In this document: positions 39,642 to 49,174 of the stretch, one piece after another | Layout of the letters: each line of letters begins with the position of its first letter | Numbering within the stretch: the first letter of the stretch is position 1 | DNA from: Bdellovibrionales bacterium | Lineage (GTDB): Bacteria; Bdellovibrionota; Bdellovibrionia; Bdellovibrionales; UBA1609 | Reading direction: 5' to 3' | Length of the DNA: 64,000 nt | Assembly (NCBI GenBank): GCA_965237565.1 | Contig: OZ250145.1 | Location: forward strand, 443,529-507,528 | Made by a program: the position numbers and the translations under genes | Notes under the pieces: generated by a model | Databases searched by the model: none | The model's input: only the letters and a program-made list of their open reading frames with translations | What the model was told of the DNA's origin: nothing

Positions 39642-39647
39642 ATTAAG

Positions 39648-40583
39648 ATGTTTAATCGTTCAAAAATTTCAATTGTTGGTGGGGGCTTCGTTGGTTCCAC
39701 TTGTGCTCACTGGTTGCTCAGCCGGAATTTGGGTGACATTGTTTTATTAGATATAAAAGAAAGTGTCGCTCAAGGGCGGGCTCTAGATTTGCTACAATCT
39801 GGCTCTTTAGTTCCTTCTGACTGCCAAATTACTGGCGGTTCAAATTATGAAGATATAAAAAATTCGGATGTAGTTGTGATTACGGCTGGTCGGTCGCGTC
39901 AACCAGGAATGGATCGTTCTGAATTAAAAAATATCAATGCATCCATTATTCACAAAGTTTGTGAGCAAATAAAAATTTATTGTGAGAAAGCTTGTGTAAT
40001 TGTAGTCACCAACCCTCTGGATGTGATGACTTACCAAGCTTATAAAACTCTTGATTTTCCTATTCAACGAGTGATGGGTATGGCAGGAGTGTTGGATACG
40101 GCACGTTTTCGCACTTTTGTTGCCAAAGAATTAAACGTCAGTGTTCAAGATGTGCAAGCTTTTATATTAGGAGGACACGGAGATAGTATGCTCGCCATTC
40201 CTAGACTTTGCCATGTCGGCGGGATCCCCTTGGCAGAGCTTTTGTCTCAGGAACGAATTGAAGCTTTGGTGAAAAGGACTCAATTGGGCGGAGCAGAAAT
40301 TGTTTCGCTGATGAAAACAAATTCTGCTTACTATGCTCCCGCTTTAAGCGTAGTGGAGATGATTGAATCTATTTTAAAAGACCAAAAACGTATTCTTCCT
40401 TGTTCTGCCTATTTGAATGGAGAATATGGAGTGAAGGATTTGTTCATGGGCGTGCTTTGTTGTGTGGGAGCTGGTGGCATTGAAAAAGTGATGGAGTTTT
40501 CTCTCACTGAATCAGAGAGAAAACAGTTTCAAGATTCTGTTTCTTCTGTTAGATCCCAAGTGGAGAGTTTACATCTTTCGTAA
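39648..40583 (+). CDS. mdh: malate dehydrogenase (LDH-like type)
   Basis: 311 aa. ISIVGGGFVGSTCA, ITAGRSRQPGMDRSEL, ILGGHGDSM. Confidence 0.95.
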   Translation: MFNRSKISIVGGGFVGSTCAHWLLSRNLGDIVLLDIKESVAQGRALDLLQSGSLVPSDCQITGGSNYEDIKNSDVVVITAGRSRQPGMDRSELKNINASIIHKVCEQIKIYCEKACVIVVTNPLDVMTYQAYKTLDFPIQRVMGMAGVLDTARFRTFVAKELNVSVQDVQAFILGGHGDSMLAIPRLCHVGGIPLAELLSQERIEALVKRTQLGGAEIVSLMKTNSAYYAPALSVVEMIESILKDQKRILPCSAYLNGEYGVKDLFMGVLCCVGAGGIEKVMEFSLTESERKQFQDSVSSVRSQVESLHLS

Positions 40584-40598
40584 TAAGGTAGATGGGTA

Positions 40599-41786
40599 AT
40601 GGATATTCATGAATATCAGGCAAAACAATTGTTTCGTCAGGCTGGAATGAAAACTCTTGTTGGTGAAGTGGTCAAGGATCCAGAACAAGCTTTTTTGGTA
40701 GCTCAAAAACTCAGTAAAATATCTAAATCCTTCATTCTTAAGGCCCAAATCCACGCTGGAGGAAGAGGAAAGGCCGGGGGAATTCAAAGAGCTTCTTCTC
40801 CAGAAGAAGCAAAAAAACTGTGTAAAGAGATGCTGGAGAAAAAATTAGTTACGGCCCAAACTGGAGAGCGGGGGAAAATCGTCCGCCAAGTTTTTGTTGA
40901 GCAAGCTTGCAACATTAAAAAAGAATTTTATTTGGCTTTTTTACTGGATCGTAATCGCCAATGTTTGAGTTTGATTGCCAGTTCAGAAGGAGGGATCTCT
41001 ATTGAAGAAGTGGCACATAAATTTCCAGAAAAGATTTTCAAAACTTCTCTAGATATCTTTTTTGGTCTTCTGGATTTTCAAATATGGAAGATATTAAAGA
41101 TTTTTGCACTTCCGACAAAGGATTTTAAAAAATTAAAATTTTTATTGAATGCTGTTTATCATCTCATGGTGGAAAAAGAAGCTACTTTAGTGGAGATCAA
41201 TCCTCTTGTTCAAACCGAGGAAGGAGAACTATTGCCATTGGATGCTAAGATGACCTTCGATGACAATGCTTTGTTTCGACAAAAAGAGATTACATCCATG
41301 AGGGATCTTTTGGAACTTCCTGTAGAGGAACAAAAAGCAACAAAGGCAGGTTTATCTTTTGTGGGTCTTTCTGGAAATATTGGTTGTTTGGTAAATGGGG
41401 CTGGATTGGCTATGGCAACAATGGATATTGTTCAATTAAAAGGGGCCAAGCCGGCCAATTTTTTAGATGTAGGGGGAGGAGTTAATGATGAAAAAATTGA
41501 TATCGCTTTTCAAATTTTAACATCTGATCCTCAAGTGAAAGGAATTTTGGTCAACATATTTGGTGGCATCGTGAAGTGTGACTTAATTGCTAGAGGTTTA
41601 ATCAAAGCCATAAAGCTTTTGGGTGTCAAAATTCCGGTGGTTGTGAGACTAGAGGGAACCAATTCTGAAGAGGCAAAAAAATTACTCAATCAGTCTAATT
41701 TGGCTTTTCATTTTGTTAATGATTTGTCTGAGGCAGCGGAAACAATTATTTCTCTTACCAAAAAATCAAGTGGCAAAAAAAGATGA
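40599..41786 (+). CDS. sucC: succinyl-CoA synthetase beta subunit
   Basis: 395 aa. [15 protein letters not shown]-grasp, [28 protein letters not shown]. Confidence 0.96.
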   Translation: MDIHEYQAKQLFRQAGMKTLVGEVVKDPEQAFLVAQKLSKISKSFILKAQIHAGGRGKAGGIQRASSPEEAKKLCKEMLEKKLVTAQTGERGKIVRQVFVEQACNIKKEFYLAFLLDRNRQCLSLIASSEGGISIEEVAHKFPEKIFKTSLDIFFGLLDFQIWKILKIFALPTKDFKKLKFLLNAVYHLMVEKEATLVEINPLVQTEEGELLPLDAKMTFDDNALFRQKEITSMRDLLELPVEEQKATKAGLSFVGLSGNIGCLVNGAGLAMATMDIVQLKGAKPANFLDVGGGVNDEKIDIAFQILTSDPQVKGILVNIFGGIVKCDLIARGLIKAIKLLGVKIPVVVRLEGTNSEEAKKLLNQSNLAFHFVNDLSEAAETIISLTKKSSGKKR

Positions 41787-42652
41787 GTATTTTAATTGAT
41801 AAAAAAACAGGTGTGATTTGTCAAGGCTTTACAGGAAAGCAAGGCAGTTTTCATTCTCAAAAAGCTTTGGAATATGGAACTCGTCTGCTTGCTGGAGTAA
41901 CTCCAGGGAAGGGAGGAAGCAAACACTTGGGCCTTCCTGTTTTTGATACAGTCGCCGAAGCAGTTTTTGAAACAAAAGCTTCTGTCTCTGTTATTTACGT
42001 GCCTCCGCCTTTTGCCAAGGAAGCTATTATGGAGGCCATTTCAGCGAATTTGGATTTGGTTGTCTGTATTACTGAAGGGATTCCTTTGCAAGATATGTTG
42101 GAAGTGAAAACATTTTTGAAGGAAAAAAAAACTCGCTTGATCGGCCCAAATTGTCCGGGCCTTATTACCCCAGGGGAATGTAAAATTGGGATCATGCCAG
42201 GATACATTCACCGTGCAGGTCGAATTGGAGTTTTGTCTCGTTCTGGCACTTTGACATATGAAGCTGTTTGGCAACTAAGTCAATTGGGTTTGGGGCAAAG
42301 TACTTGTGTGGGAATTGGAGGAGATCCCATTCAGGGAACAGATTTTGTGGATCTGTTGAAACTTTTTAATCAAGATGAACAAACGGAAGCTGTTGTCATC
42401 ATCGGAGAAATTGGAGGGGAAGCCGAAGAGCGGGCTGCTCACTATATTGAAACGGAGTTTAAAAAACCAGTCACTGCTTTTGTTGCTGGTCTCAGTGCTC
42501 CAGTGGGAAAACGTATGGGTCACGCAGGAGCGATTATCAGTCAAGGAAGAGGAACTGCGGAAAGTAAGTTTTCAGCTTTTCAGTCGGCAGGAGTTTCTAT
42601 CGCTCGTTCTCCAGCAGAAATTGGGGTCACTTTGAAGAAAAGTTTAAACTAA
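41783..42652 (+). CDS. sucD: succinyl-CoA synthetase alpha subunit
   Basis: 289 aa. [22 protein letters not shown], phosphohistidine loop GHAGAII. Confidence 0.96.
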   Translation: MSILIDKKTGVICQGFTGKQGSFHSQKALEYGTRLLAGVTPGKGGSKHLGLPVFDTVAEAVFETKASVSVIYVPPPFAKEAIMEAISANLDLVVCITEGIPLQDMLEVKTFLKEKKTRLIGPNCPGLITPGECKIGIMPGYIHRAGRIGVLSRSGTLTYEAVWQLSQLGLGQSTCVGIGGDPIQGTDFVDLLKLFNQDEQTEAVVIIGEIGGEAEERAAHYIETEFKKPVTAFVAGLSAPVGKRMGHAGAIISQGRGTAESKFSAFQSAGVSIARSPAEIGVTLKKSLN

Positions 42653-42733
42653 AAAGGAGGCCTTTTTCTTCGAGAGCTTGAGTTTGGAGAGTTCCTGTGC
42701 GAAAGTGCTGGAATCAAAAAAGGATGAAAGCAT

Positions 42734-43156
42734 ATGAGTGAAAATCAAGTTTCTTTTTCCATGATTAAACCAGATGCTACGGCTAGAAATTTAATTGGGA
42801 CAATTATTCAAAAATTTGAATCAGAAAATTTGAAACTAAAGGCTGGAAGATTGACAGTTTTAAATCGTTCTCTTTGTGAGACTTTTTATGAAGAGCACAG
42901 AGAAAAATCCTTTTTTCGCTCCTTAGTGGAATTTGTTCTATCTGGTCCAGTTTTTGTGATGGCCATGTCTGGAAAAGATTCTGTGAAGAGAATAAGAGAC
43001 ATCATGGGGCACACAGACCCAGCAAAAGCTAAGGCAAACACCATTCGAGCTCTTTATGGAGAGAGCATCGAGAGGAATTCTGTTCATGGAAGTGATTCTT
43101 TGGAAAGCGCCAAAAGGGAGATTTCCCTTTTTTTTGAACAAGAATCTTGGAAATGA
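42734..43156 (+). CDS. ndk: nucleoside-diphosphate kinase
   Basis: 140 aa. FSMIKPDA, GPVFVMA, NSVHGSDS (active-site His). Confidence 0.95.
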   Translation: MSENQVSFSMIKPDATARNLIGTIIQKFESENLKLKAGRLTVLNRSLCETFYEEHREKSFFRSLVEFVLSGPVFVMAMSGKDSVKRIRDIMGHTDPAKAKANTIRALYGESIERNSVHGSDSLESAKREISLFFEQESWK

Positions 43157-43941
43157 AACAAAAGAACAAAAAAAAAATCTTTCTTCTTAGTTTATTTTGT
43201 TTTTGTGGCTTAGTGTCCTGTGTTTCTCATAAAAAACAAATAAAAAAAAGTTATTTTTTACATGATATGGCTGTTTCGCTAATGAAGCAGTGCCAGTACA
43301 ATTCAGCTCTTGGAGAACTAAAGAAGGCTTTAAAACTGAAACAAAAAGACCCTTTGCTTCATAATTCTATTGCCTTGGTTTATCTACAGTTTAAAAAATA
43401 CAAACAAGCTATCTTTCATTTTGAAAAAGCTCTTCAGTTGCAACCAAATTTTACAGAAGCTCGAGTGCATCTGGGTTGGAGTTTGATCGAAGTGGAAAGC
43501 TTGAATCGTGCTGAGTCAGAATTGAAAAAAGCTCTGAAAGATCTTACTTATAGAAATTCAGAAAATATTCACACTCATCTGGGCTTGCTTTTTTATAAGA
43601 GAGGAAATTTTCAAAAGGCAGAAAAGCATTTTAGCGTGGCTCGGAAAATAAAAACCAAAGATTGTTTTACAGCTTTGTATCACGCTCGGAGCTTCTACTT
43701 TTTAAATCAGTTTTCTGATGCGTTAAAAATATTGCGTCCGGCAAAAAAGTGGTGTGAAATATATCTTCCTATTTGTTCTTCTCCGAATTTTGATGCGTAT
43801 TTTTTTACAGCACTGGTTTATAAGAAAATGAAACAGGATCAAAAAGCTTTAGAAAATTTGAAGATTTTTTTGCAAAAAAACCCTGAAAGCTCCTATCTGG
43901 CAGAAGCCAAAAGGCTGATAGTTCGGTGGAGAAAGCAATAA
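43147..43941 (+). CDS. TPR-repeat lipoprotein (PilF/PilW-like)
   Basis: 264 aa. Lipobox LFCFCGLVSC, then several TPR units (ALGELKKALKLKQKDP, QAIFHFEKALQLQPNF...). The position ndk-TPR-rodZ mirrors the ndk/pilF/rodZ neighbourhood of other proteobacteria. Confidence 0.7.
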   Translation: MEMKQKNKKKIFLLSLFCFCGLVSCVSHKKQIKKSYFLHDMAVSLMKQCQYNSALGELKKALKLKQKDPLLHNSIALVYLQFKKYKQAIFHFEKALQLQPNFTEARVHLGWSLIEVESLNRAESELKKALKDLTYRNSENIHTHLGLLFYKRGNFQKAEKHFSVARKIKTKDCFTALYHARSFYFLNQFSDALKILRPAKKWCEIYLPICSSPNFDAYFFTALVYKKMKQDQKALENLKIFLQKNPESSYLAEAKRLIVRWRKQ

Positions 43942-44756
43942 TGAATCTTCCGGAAGGCCTCATTCGATTGGGGCAAATTTTAAAAGCAAAAAGAGAAGAA
44001 AAAAATATGTCTTTGAAACAAATTTCCAAGGAAACAAAGATTAGTGTTTCTTTATTGCAAGCCTTAGAAGAAGGGGAAACAGAACGGCTACCCACCTATG
44101 TTTATCTTCGCGGTTTCATTCTTGCTTATTCACAAGTTTTACAGATTAAAAAGGAAGAAATTTTAAATGAACTCAAGGTTTTATTTCCCGTAGCTCAGCA
44201 AAAATCAGAAGTGGGAGCAACTCCCTCATTGGATGATGAAATCGTAGAAAAAGATTTACGCCTTACACAAATTGTTTCAGCTATTTTTATCTTATTTATT
44301 TTGAGTGGAATCTTGATTTTCGCAAATATGATTCGGAACTATGATAAATTGGATAAAATCATTGTTGAAAAAGAAAAAAGTGTGAATACTGCAGTAGATT
44401 CAAGTGAAAATAAAAAGGAAAAAGCAAAAAAAGAAATTCCTCGAAAATTAAATAGTAAAATTACAGAGCTAAAGAAAACAATGGTAGATAATAGTGCTCC
44501 AATAAAAAAAACTTCCGTGGAAATCGTCGTAAGAGCTATAAGAAATGTAAAATTTTCTTACCGAGTGGATGAATTGGAAGATCAAGAATTTTTGTTGAAA
44601 AGGGATCAGTTTAAGATTTTGAAAGCTGAGAAAAATATCTTAGTGAGGAGTGAGTCTCCCCAGTGGATTCAGATCTTTCAAGATGGCAAGGACCTAGGTC
44701 TTTTGGGCAAGAAACAATCGCAAAAACAAAGGGTATTTTCTGTAGGTGGGAAGTAA
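43926..44756 (+). CDS. rodZ: RodZ-like cytoskeleton-associated protein (XRE HTH + TM + C-terminal domain)
   Basis: 276 aa. HTH LGQILKAKREEKNMSLKQISKETKISVSLLQALEEGE, a single TM (IVSAIFILFILSGILIF), and a beta-rich C-terminal domain. Confidence 0.75.
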   Translation: MEKAIMNLPEGLIRLGQILKAKREEKNMSLKQISKETKISVSLLQALEEGETERLPTYVYLRGFILAYSQVLQIKKEEILNELKVLFPVAQQKSEVGATPSLDDEIVEKDLRLTQIVSAIFILFILSGILIFANMIRNYDKLDKIIVEKEKSVNTAVDSSENKKEKAKKEIPRKLNSKITELKKTMVDNSAPIKKTSVEIVVRAIRNVKFSYRVDELEDQEFLLKRDQFKILKAEKNILVRSESPQWIQIFQDGKDLGLLGKKQSQKQRVFSVGGK

Positions 44757-45361
44757 TGAATTTTGTGGCTATAGATTTAGAAACGACAGGAACTTTATCC
44801 TACATTGATCACATTGTAGAGTGTGCCGGAGTTAGATTTTCGGATGGGGCCGTCGAGAATCAAATTTCTTTTTTGGTAAATCCCGGAATAGCTATGCCGG
44901 AAGAAGCTTCGAAGGTCAATGGCATTACAGATGAAATGCTCAAAGGTAAGCCTCCCGTTCAGGAAGTGCTTCCTATCTTTTCTGAATTTTGTGGGACAGA
45001 TTGTTTGGTCGCACACAATGCTATTTTTGATTTTCAATTTCTTCTGCAAGCCTTTGAAAAACATCATTGTCCCGGGCCAATCGGACCTTTGTTGGATACT
45101 TACACTCTTTCTAAGAGATTTTTTCCCGGCTTGGCGAACTACAAACTATCCACCATAGTGGAATATTTAAAAATTCCGGTCGATCAGTTTCATCGTGCGA
45201 AGCAAGACGCTTGGGCTTGTGGAAAAATATTTGATAAAATTTTGTCAAAAATTTATAAAAGGGAGAAGACACTAAATATTAATAAATTGATCCAACTCTC
45301 TGGTAAAAAAGAATTACGTTTTCCAAAATTGAAGATCAAACAACTTTCCTTGTTCGAGTGA
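44756..45361 (+). CDS. DnaQ-like 3'-5' exonuclease (DEDDh family)
   Basis: I start at ATG 44756 (TAATG overlap with rodZ): MNFVAIDLETTG (Exo I), HNAIFDFQFL (Exo II), HRAKQDA (Exo III). Confidence 0.85.
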   Translation: MNFVAIDLETTGTLSYIDHIVECAGVRFSDGAVENQISFLVNPGIAMPEEASKVNGITDEMLKGKPPVQEVLPIFSEFCGTDCLVAHNAIFDFQFLLQAFEKHHCPGPIGPLLDTYTLSKRFFPGLANYKLSTIVEYLKIPVDQFHRAKQDAWACGKIFDKILSKIYKREKTLNINKLIQLSGKKELRFPKLKIKQLSLFE

Positions 45362-45380
45362 ATAAAAATCTTTTCGCTAA

Positions 45381-46994
45381 TCATGTTATCAAGGAAACTT
45401 TATTCTCACCTTTTTTCTTCATAGATAAAGGAAGTCTAAAACCTCTGTCAAAAGAATGATTTTTGATTTTTAGAACAGGTGGAGATTGTCTTCTCTTGAA
45501 TTCTGCGTTCAGAATCCAGTGGAAAATTTTTTTTTCTAATAGGGTTTTCGGATCTTTTTGCTGTTCCAATAGTTTTTTTAGCACAGGATCTAAGATTTTA
45601 TAAGATGGAAGGTCTTGTTCATCGGTTTGATTTTCTTTCAATTCTGCACTGGGCTTTCTTTTTAGAATTTCCAATGGGATAGAGGGGTTTTTAAAATCGT
45701 AAGCCATCTTGTAAACTTCTTCCTTAAATAAATCGCCAATGGGAAGTAAAGCTCCTGTCAAATCCCCGTACAAGGTAGCATAACCAAGTGAGAGTTCACT
45801 TTTGTTAGCTGTTCCAAGCAATAAACTATCTGGATGAGTGTTTGCATACGTCATCAAGTACAAATTTCGAAGGCGAGATTGAAGATTTTGTCTGGCTACA
45901 TCGGATGAAGGAAAGGAATCTGCTTTCCAAGTTTTTAAAATATTTTGATAAAGAGAACTAATATTATAGATATACAAATTTTTTTTTAATTTTTTTGCAA
46001 TTTCTTTTGTTCCTTTCCAAGAGAGCCTAGAAGTAAAAGGTCCCGGTAAAAATAAGAGTTCAATATTTTCTTTTCCCAGAGCACGAAAAGCCAGATAAGC
46101 GACCAAAGCTGAATCCACTCCTCCACTAAGTCCCAAATGTGCCTTTTGAAAACCATTTTTGCTCGCAAATTCCTTGATTCCAAAAATAATTGCTTTTTTT
46201 GTTTGATTGAATGGAGTCTGTTGTCTTTTCTTCTTTTCTCTCATTTTTTTCTTTTCTCTGTTTTGTTTCTTCAAATCAATAAAGTGTAGATTCTCCTCGA
46301 ACGAAGGGCTTTGATGAATAAGATCTCCTCTTTCATTTAGAACAAAACTTCCTCCATCGAAAATTAATTCTTCCTGTCCTCCCACTAGGTTGGCATAAAT
46401 AAAAGGACACTTGTATTTTTTTACCCATTGCCTAGCCAAATTAAATCTTGTATTTTCTTTTTTGAATTCAAAGGGAGAAGCATTCAAGCTAAGAATCAAA
46501 AACATGGGGTGTAAACGTTTTTCCCTCGCCTTCCACATTTCTTCACAAATAAGAATTTGTATTCTTTTTTTTTTGTGGGAAAAGACATTGTCTTTTAAAT
46601 TTCCAGCCTGAAAATATCTTTTTTCATCAAACACATCATAGTCAGCAAGGATCTCTTTGGAAAAAACAAGTGGTTCTTGTTTTTTTTCAAGCACAAGAAT
46701 ACAATTACCCACAATTTTGGATGTGTCTTTTTTTATCCAAGCTGGAGTTCCAAAAATAAGTTTTATTTTTTCTGGCATTTGATTTTTGAGAGCCGTGATC
46801 GAACGAGAAATTTGATTTAAGAAAAAATTTCGATTCAAAAGGTCTAAAGGAGAATAGGCCGTTAAAGCTAACTCTGGAAAGACCACTAGTTCGGCTCCAC
46901 CTTTTTTCGCTTGTAAGAGATATTTTTTTATTTTTTTTTGGTTGTAATGAATATTTCCCATTAAGGGATTTATTTGTGCAAGGGCAATTTTCAA
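45381..46994 (-). CDS. nadE: glutamine-dependent NAD+ synthetase
   Basis: 537 aa. N-terminal CN-hydrolase domain (ELVVFPELALTAY) and C-terminal PP-loop synthetase (LGLSGGVDSAL). Confidence 0.92.
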   Translation of the reverse strand: MKIALAQINPLMGNIHYNQKKIKKYLLQAKKGGAELVVFPELALTAYSPLDLLNRNFFLNQISRSITALKNQMPEKIKLIFGTPAWIKKDTSKIVGNCILVLEKKQEPLVFSKEILADYDVFDEKRYFQAGNLKDNVFSHKKKRIQILICEEMWKAREKRLHPMFLILSLNASPFEFKKENTRFNLARQWVKKYKCPFIYANLVGGQEELIFDGGSFVLNERGDLIHQSPSFEENLHFIDLKKQNREKKKMREKKKRQQTPFNQTKKAIIFGIKEFASKNGFQKAHLGLSGGVDSALVAYLAFRALGKENIELLFLPGPFTSRLSWKGTKEIAKKLKKNLYIYNISSLYQNILKTWKADSFPSSDVARQNLQSRLRNLYLMTYANTHPDSLLLGTANKSELSLGYATLYGDLTGALLPIGDLFKEEVYKMAYDFKNPSIPLEILKRKPSAELKENQTDEQDLPSYKILDPVLKKLLEQQKDPKTLLEKKIFHWILNAEFKRRQSPPVLKIKNHSFDRGFRLPLSMKKKGENKVSLIT

Positions 46995-47080
46995 TTTTTA
47001 TAACTCCCTGCGGAAGGAACAATGGGTACGTTTACTCATCTAGTTTTTTACTAAAGATTTAAACTATCCCTCACATCTTT

Positions 47081-47155
47081 TGCCTTTTTATTTCATGCCT
47101 TTTTATTTCATGCCTTTTTATTTCATGCCTTTTTATTTCATGCCTTTTTATTTCA
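47081..47155. repeat. 15-bp perfect tandem repeat, 5 copies
   Basis: (TGCCTTTTTATTTCA)x5 at 47081-47155. On the minus strand each unit reads TGAAATAAAAAGGCA. The unit nearest the CDS contains its last codons and stop (ATG AAA TAA). Confidence 0.95.
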
Positions 47156-48068
47156 TAGATTTTTTTACTTGTAGAGTTTGACTACCAATCAGTAGCACAA
47201 TAGCCAATATAATACAAATAATTAAAATGACACGAAAAATGGATCCAAAGGTCCATGCCCCCACTCCCACATCTTTTCTTCCCTTTTTTTTCAATTTTTT
47301 ATTTATCAGCATTTTTCTTTTTTTGCTCTCAGGGGTTATCTCTTTCTTACTTATTTTGTCTTTTGTCAGAGCGATGGGTTTTTCTCTTTTTTCTTGCTCC
47401 TTTTCTATCACAGTCCAAGCATTAGAATGGACAGCTCTAAATCTGATTCCAGATTGTTCACTATTGTAGCCAGACAAATTTTTGAATTTTTTAAATTTGG
47501 ATTTTCTTTCGCTTCTTGAATTTCTTTTTTTCGAACGCCTTTTTCTCAAACCTTCTTTTTCTATTTCATTCTCAGCGGATAACAAAGAGCCACTTGGTTT
47601 GTATAAAGAGTTTCTTGATCTCGAACCGACTTTTTTCTTAGAGGAACTATTTTTGAAACTACTTGATGTTCTTCCAGAATTGCTTCCGCTTGTTTCTCTA
47701 GAACCAGAAACAGAAGCCGATCCGGGCTTTGTTCGAGGAGGAGAAATCTGTCTAGGATTGGGTCTTTCTCTTGGAGAAGGAGAAACACCTCCTCCGATGG
47801 TACTAGGAATTCCAGTCTGTTCTGCTTCAAAAACTCCGCCTAGTGAGGGACAATCATCTGCACGAGCTTGCCCAGGCAACAGTCCTGTTTGCATGAGGCA
47901 AGCAATGTATCCATCTCTTCCCAAAAGAGCTTCTCCCCAAGCTTGGAATCCCTTGCTGAAGCGATAAAATAATCCACCTAGTCCCAATAAAACAACTGTG
48001 AGAATGAGCACATATTCCACAACTGCTTGGCCTTTTTTCTTTGAATTTTTCTTTCTATTTCGATCCAT
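47148..48068 (-). CDS. 306-aa protein with a Flp-type prepilin leader, a long Ser/Arg/Lys-rich low-complexity region and a C-terminal TM
   Basis: N-terminus MDRNRKKNSKKKGQAVVEYVLILTVVLLGLGG carries the G/xxxxEY Flp processing motif seen in the adjacent Flp pilin (ESGQGTAEYVLILVAV). The middle is S/R/K/G-rich. The C-terminus WTFGSIFRVILIICIILAIVLLIGS is hydrophobic. Divergent from flp. Confidence 0.6.
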   Translation of the reverse strand: MDRNRKKNSKKKGQAVVEYVLILTVVLLGLGGLFYRFSKGFQAWGEALLGRDGYIACLMQTGLLPGQARADDCPSLGGVFEAEQTGIPSTIGGGVSPSPRERPNPRQISPPRTKPGSASVSGSRETSGSNSGRTSSSFKNSSSKKKVGSRSRNSLYKPSGSLLSAENEIEKEGLRKRRSKKRNSRSERKSKFKKFKNLSGYNSEQSGIRFRAVHSNAWTVIEKEQEKREKPIALTKDKISKKEITPESKKRKMLINKKLKKKGRKDVGVGAWTFGSIFRVILIICIILAIVLLIGSQTLQVKKSMK

Positions 48069-48216
48069 GTTTTTTTGTCATCGGAAGAATTTTAAGTAAA
48101 TTGGAGAGCTTCTCGTGAAGTGTTTCAAAATGAGTCAGTAAAAAGAATAAAGTTTCATTCTTAGTTTTCCGATGTTATTATAGAATGTTGTCTGCTGGTA
48201 TCAAGGAGTTAAGGTT

Positions 48217-48402
48217 ATGAAATTTTTAAAATCGTTAGTTTTTCGTTTTTGGAAAGATGAGTCCGGGCAGGGGACGGCTGAATATGTACTAATTTTAGTA
48301 GCTGTCATTGCCGTGGGATTTATTTTTAAAGACAAAATTACAGCTATGTTGGAAAGTAAGTTGGATGGAATTGCTTCCCAAATCGGCAATTTTAATCCCT
48401 AA
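48217..48402 (+). CDS. flp: Flp family type IVb pilin
   Basis: 61 aa. MKFLKSLVFRFWKDESGQGTAEYVLILVAVIAVGFIF... is the classic Flp leader plus G/xxxxEY motif plus hydrophobic helix. Confidence 0.9.
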   Translation: MKFLKSLVFRFWKDESGQGTAEYVLILVAVIAVGFIFKDKITAMLESKLDGIASQIGNFNP

Positions 48403-48419
48403 AATCAATTGAGAAATTT

Positions 48420-48629
48420 ATGACAGCGGAATTGGTTCTTCTTCTTTCTGTTTACGCTTTTTTGATAGCTGGGCTTTTCTTACATAAAGACCATGGGGTG
48501 ATTGCAACTTTTCACAATTCTTTGCCATCTCTATCGGCACGAATAGAAAAGCATGTTGCCACGGGCTACGGTTTTTGGGATTCTTCCATTTCAGATTCCA
48601 CCATTTCGGTTAACTGGAAAAAGCCATAA
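48420..48629 (+). CDS. hypothetical small protein with an N-terminal hydrophobic helix, between flp and cpaA
   Basis: 69-aa ORF MTAELVLLLSVYAFLIAGLF.... It fits exactly in the gap between flp and the prepilin peptidase. No recognisable motif. Confidence 0.4.
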   Translation: MTAELVLLLSVYAFLIAGLFLHKDHGVIATFHNSLPSLSARIEKHVATGYGFWDSSISDSTISVNWKKP

Positions 48630-48648
48630 CAATTTTTTTCATTATCTT

Positions 48649-49140
48649 ATGTTCACGGCATCTACTTTTATAATATGGATTCTTCCTAGCATTATTTTGC
48701 TATCTGGCTTGATTGATGATTTGAGATCTAGAAAAATTCATAATTATTTAATCATTTTTTTAATAATATTATCTTTAGCAACTTTGATTTTTATTCGCGG
48801 GCTGGACTCTTTGTTGCCAGCTTTTGCGGGTGCACTTTTGGCTTTTGCCTTAGGCTTCCCTCTTTTTCTACTCAGAGTGATTGGCGGAGGAGATATAAAA
48901 CTTTATATCGTTTTGGGCTTAGTTCTCCCTTCTCGTCACTTAATTTTTACTTTCCTTTTTTCTTTTTTGTGGGCTGGGCTTTTGGGTTTGATTAAAGCCC
49001 TACTGGATCGAAAAATTAAGACTCTTTTTTTAAATCTCTTATCTTTGCTCAAATGGAAGCTCCCTTCAGCCGATCAAGTTACTACTTTTCCTTTTTCCGT
49101 CAGTCTGTTTTTTGCTTGGCTCACAGCTTTTTATTTTTGA
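48649..49140 (+). CDS. cpaA: prepilin peptidase CpaA/TadV (A24 aspartic peptidase)
   Basis: I start at ATG 48649 (163 aa). Polytopic, with the two catalytic Asp contexts LIDDLRSRKIHN and GGGDIKL. Confidence 0.85.
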   Translation: MFTASTFIIWILPSIILLSGLIDDLRSRKIHNYLIIFLIILSLATLIFIRGLDSLLPAFAGALLAFALGFPLFLLRVIGGGDIKLYIVLGLVLPSRHLIFTFLFSFLWAGLLGLIKALLDRKIKTLFLNLLSLLKWKLPSADQVTTFPFSVSLFFAWLTAFYF

Positions 49141-49174
49141 GGGATAGGGAAAAAGCGAGAGAGGTTATTTTGCG

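Noticed and set aside
42653-42733. Hairpin AAAAAGG-AGG-CCTTTTT just after sucD as a possible terminator.
   Set aside because: The stem is short and mostly A-U with a 3-nt loop and a weak T-tract. ndk follows closely, so it may just be an inter-cistronic structure.
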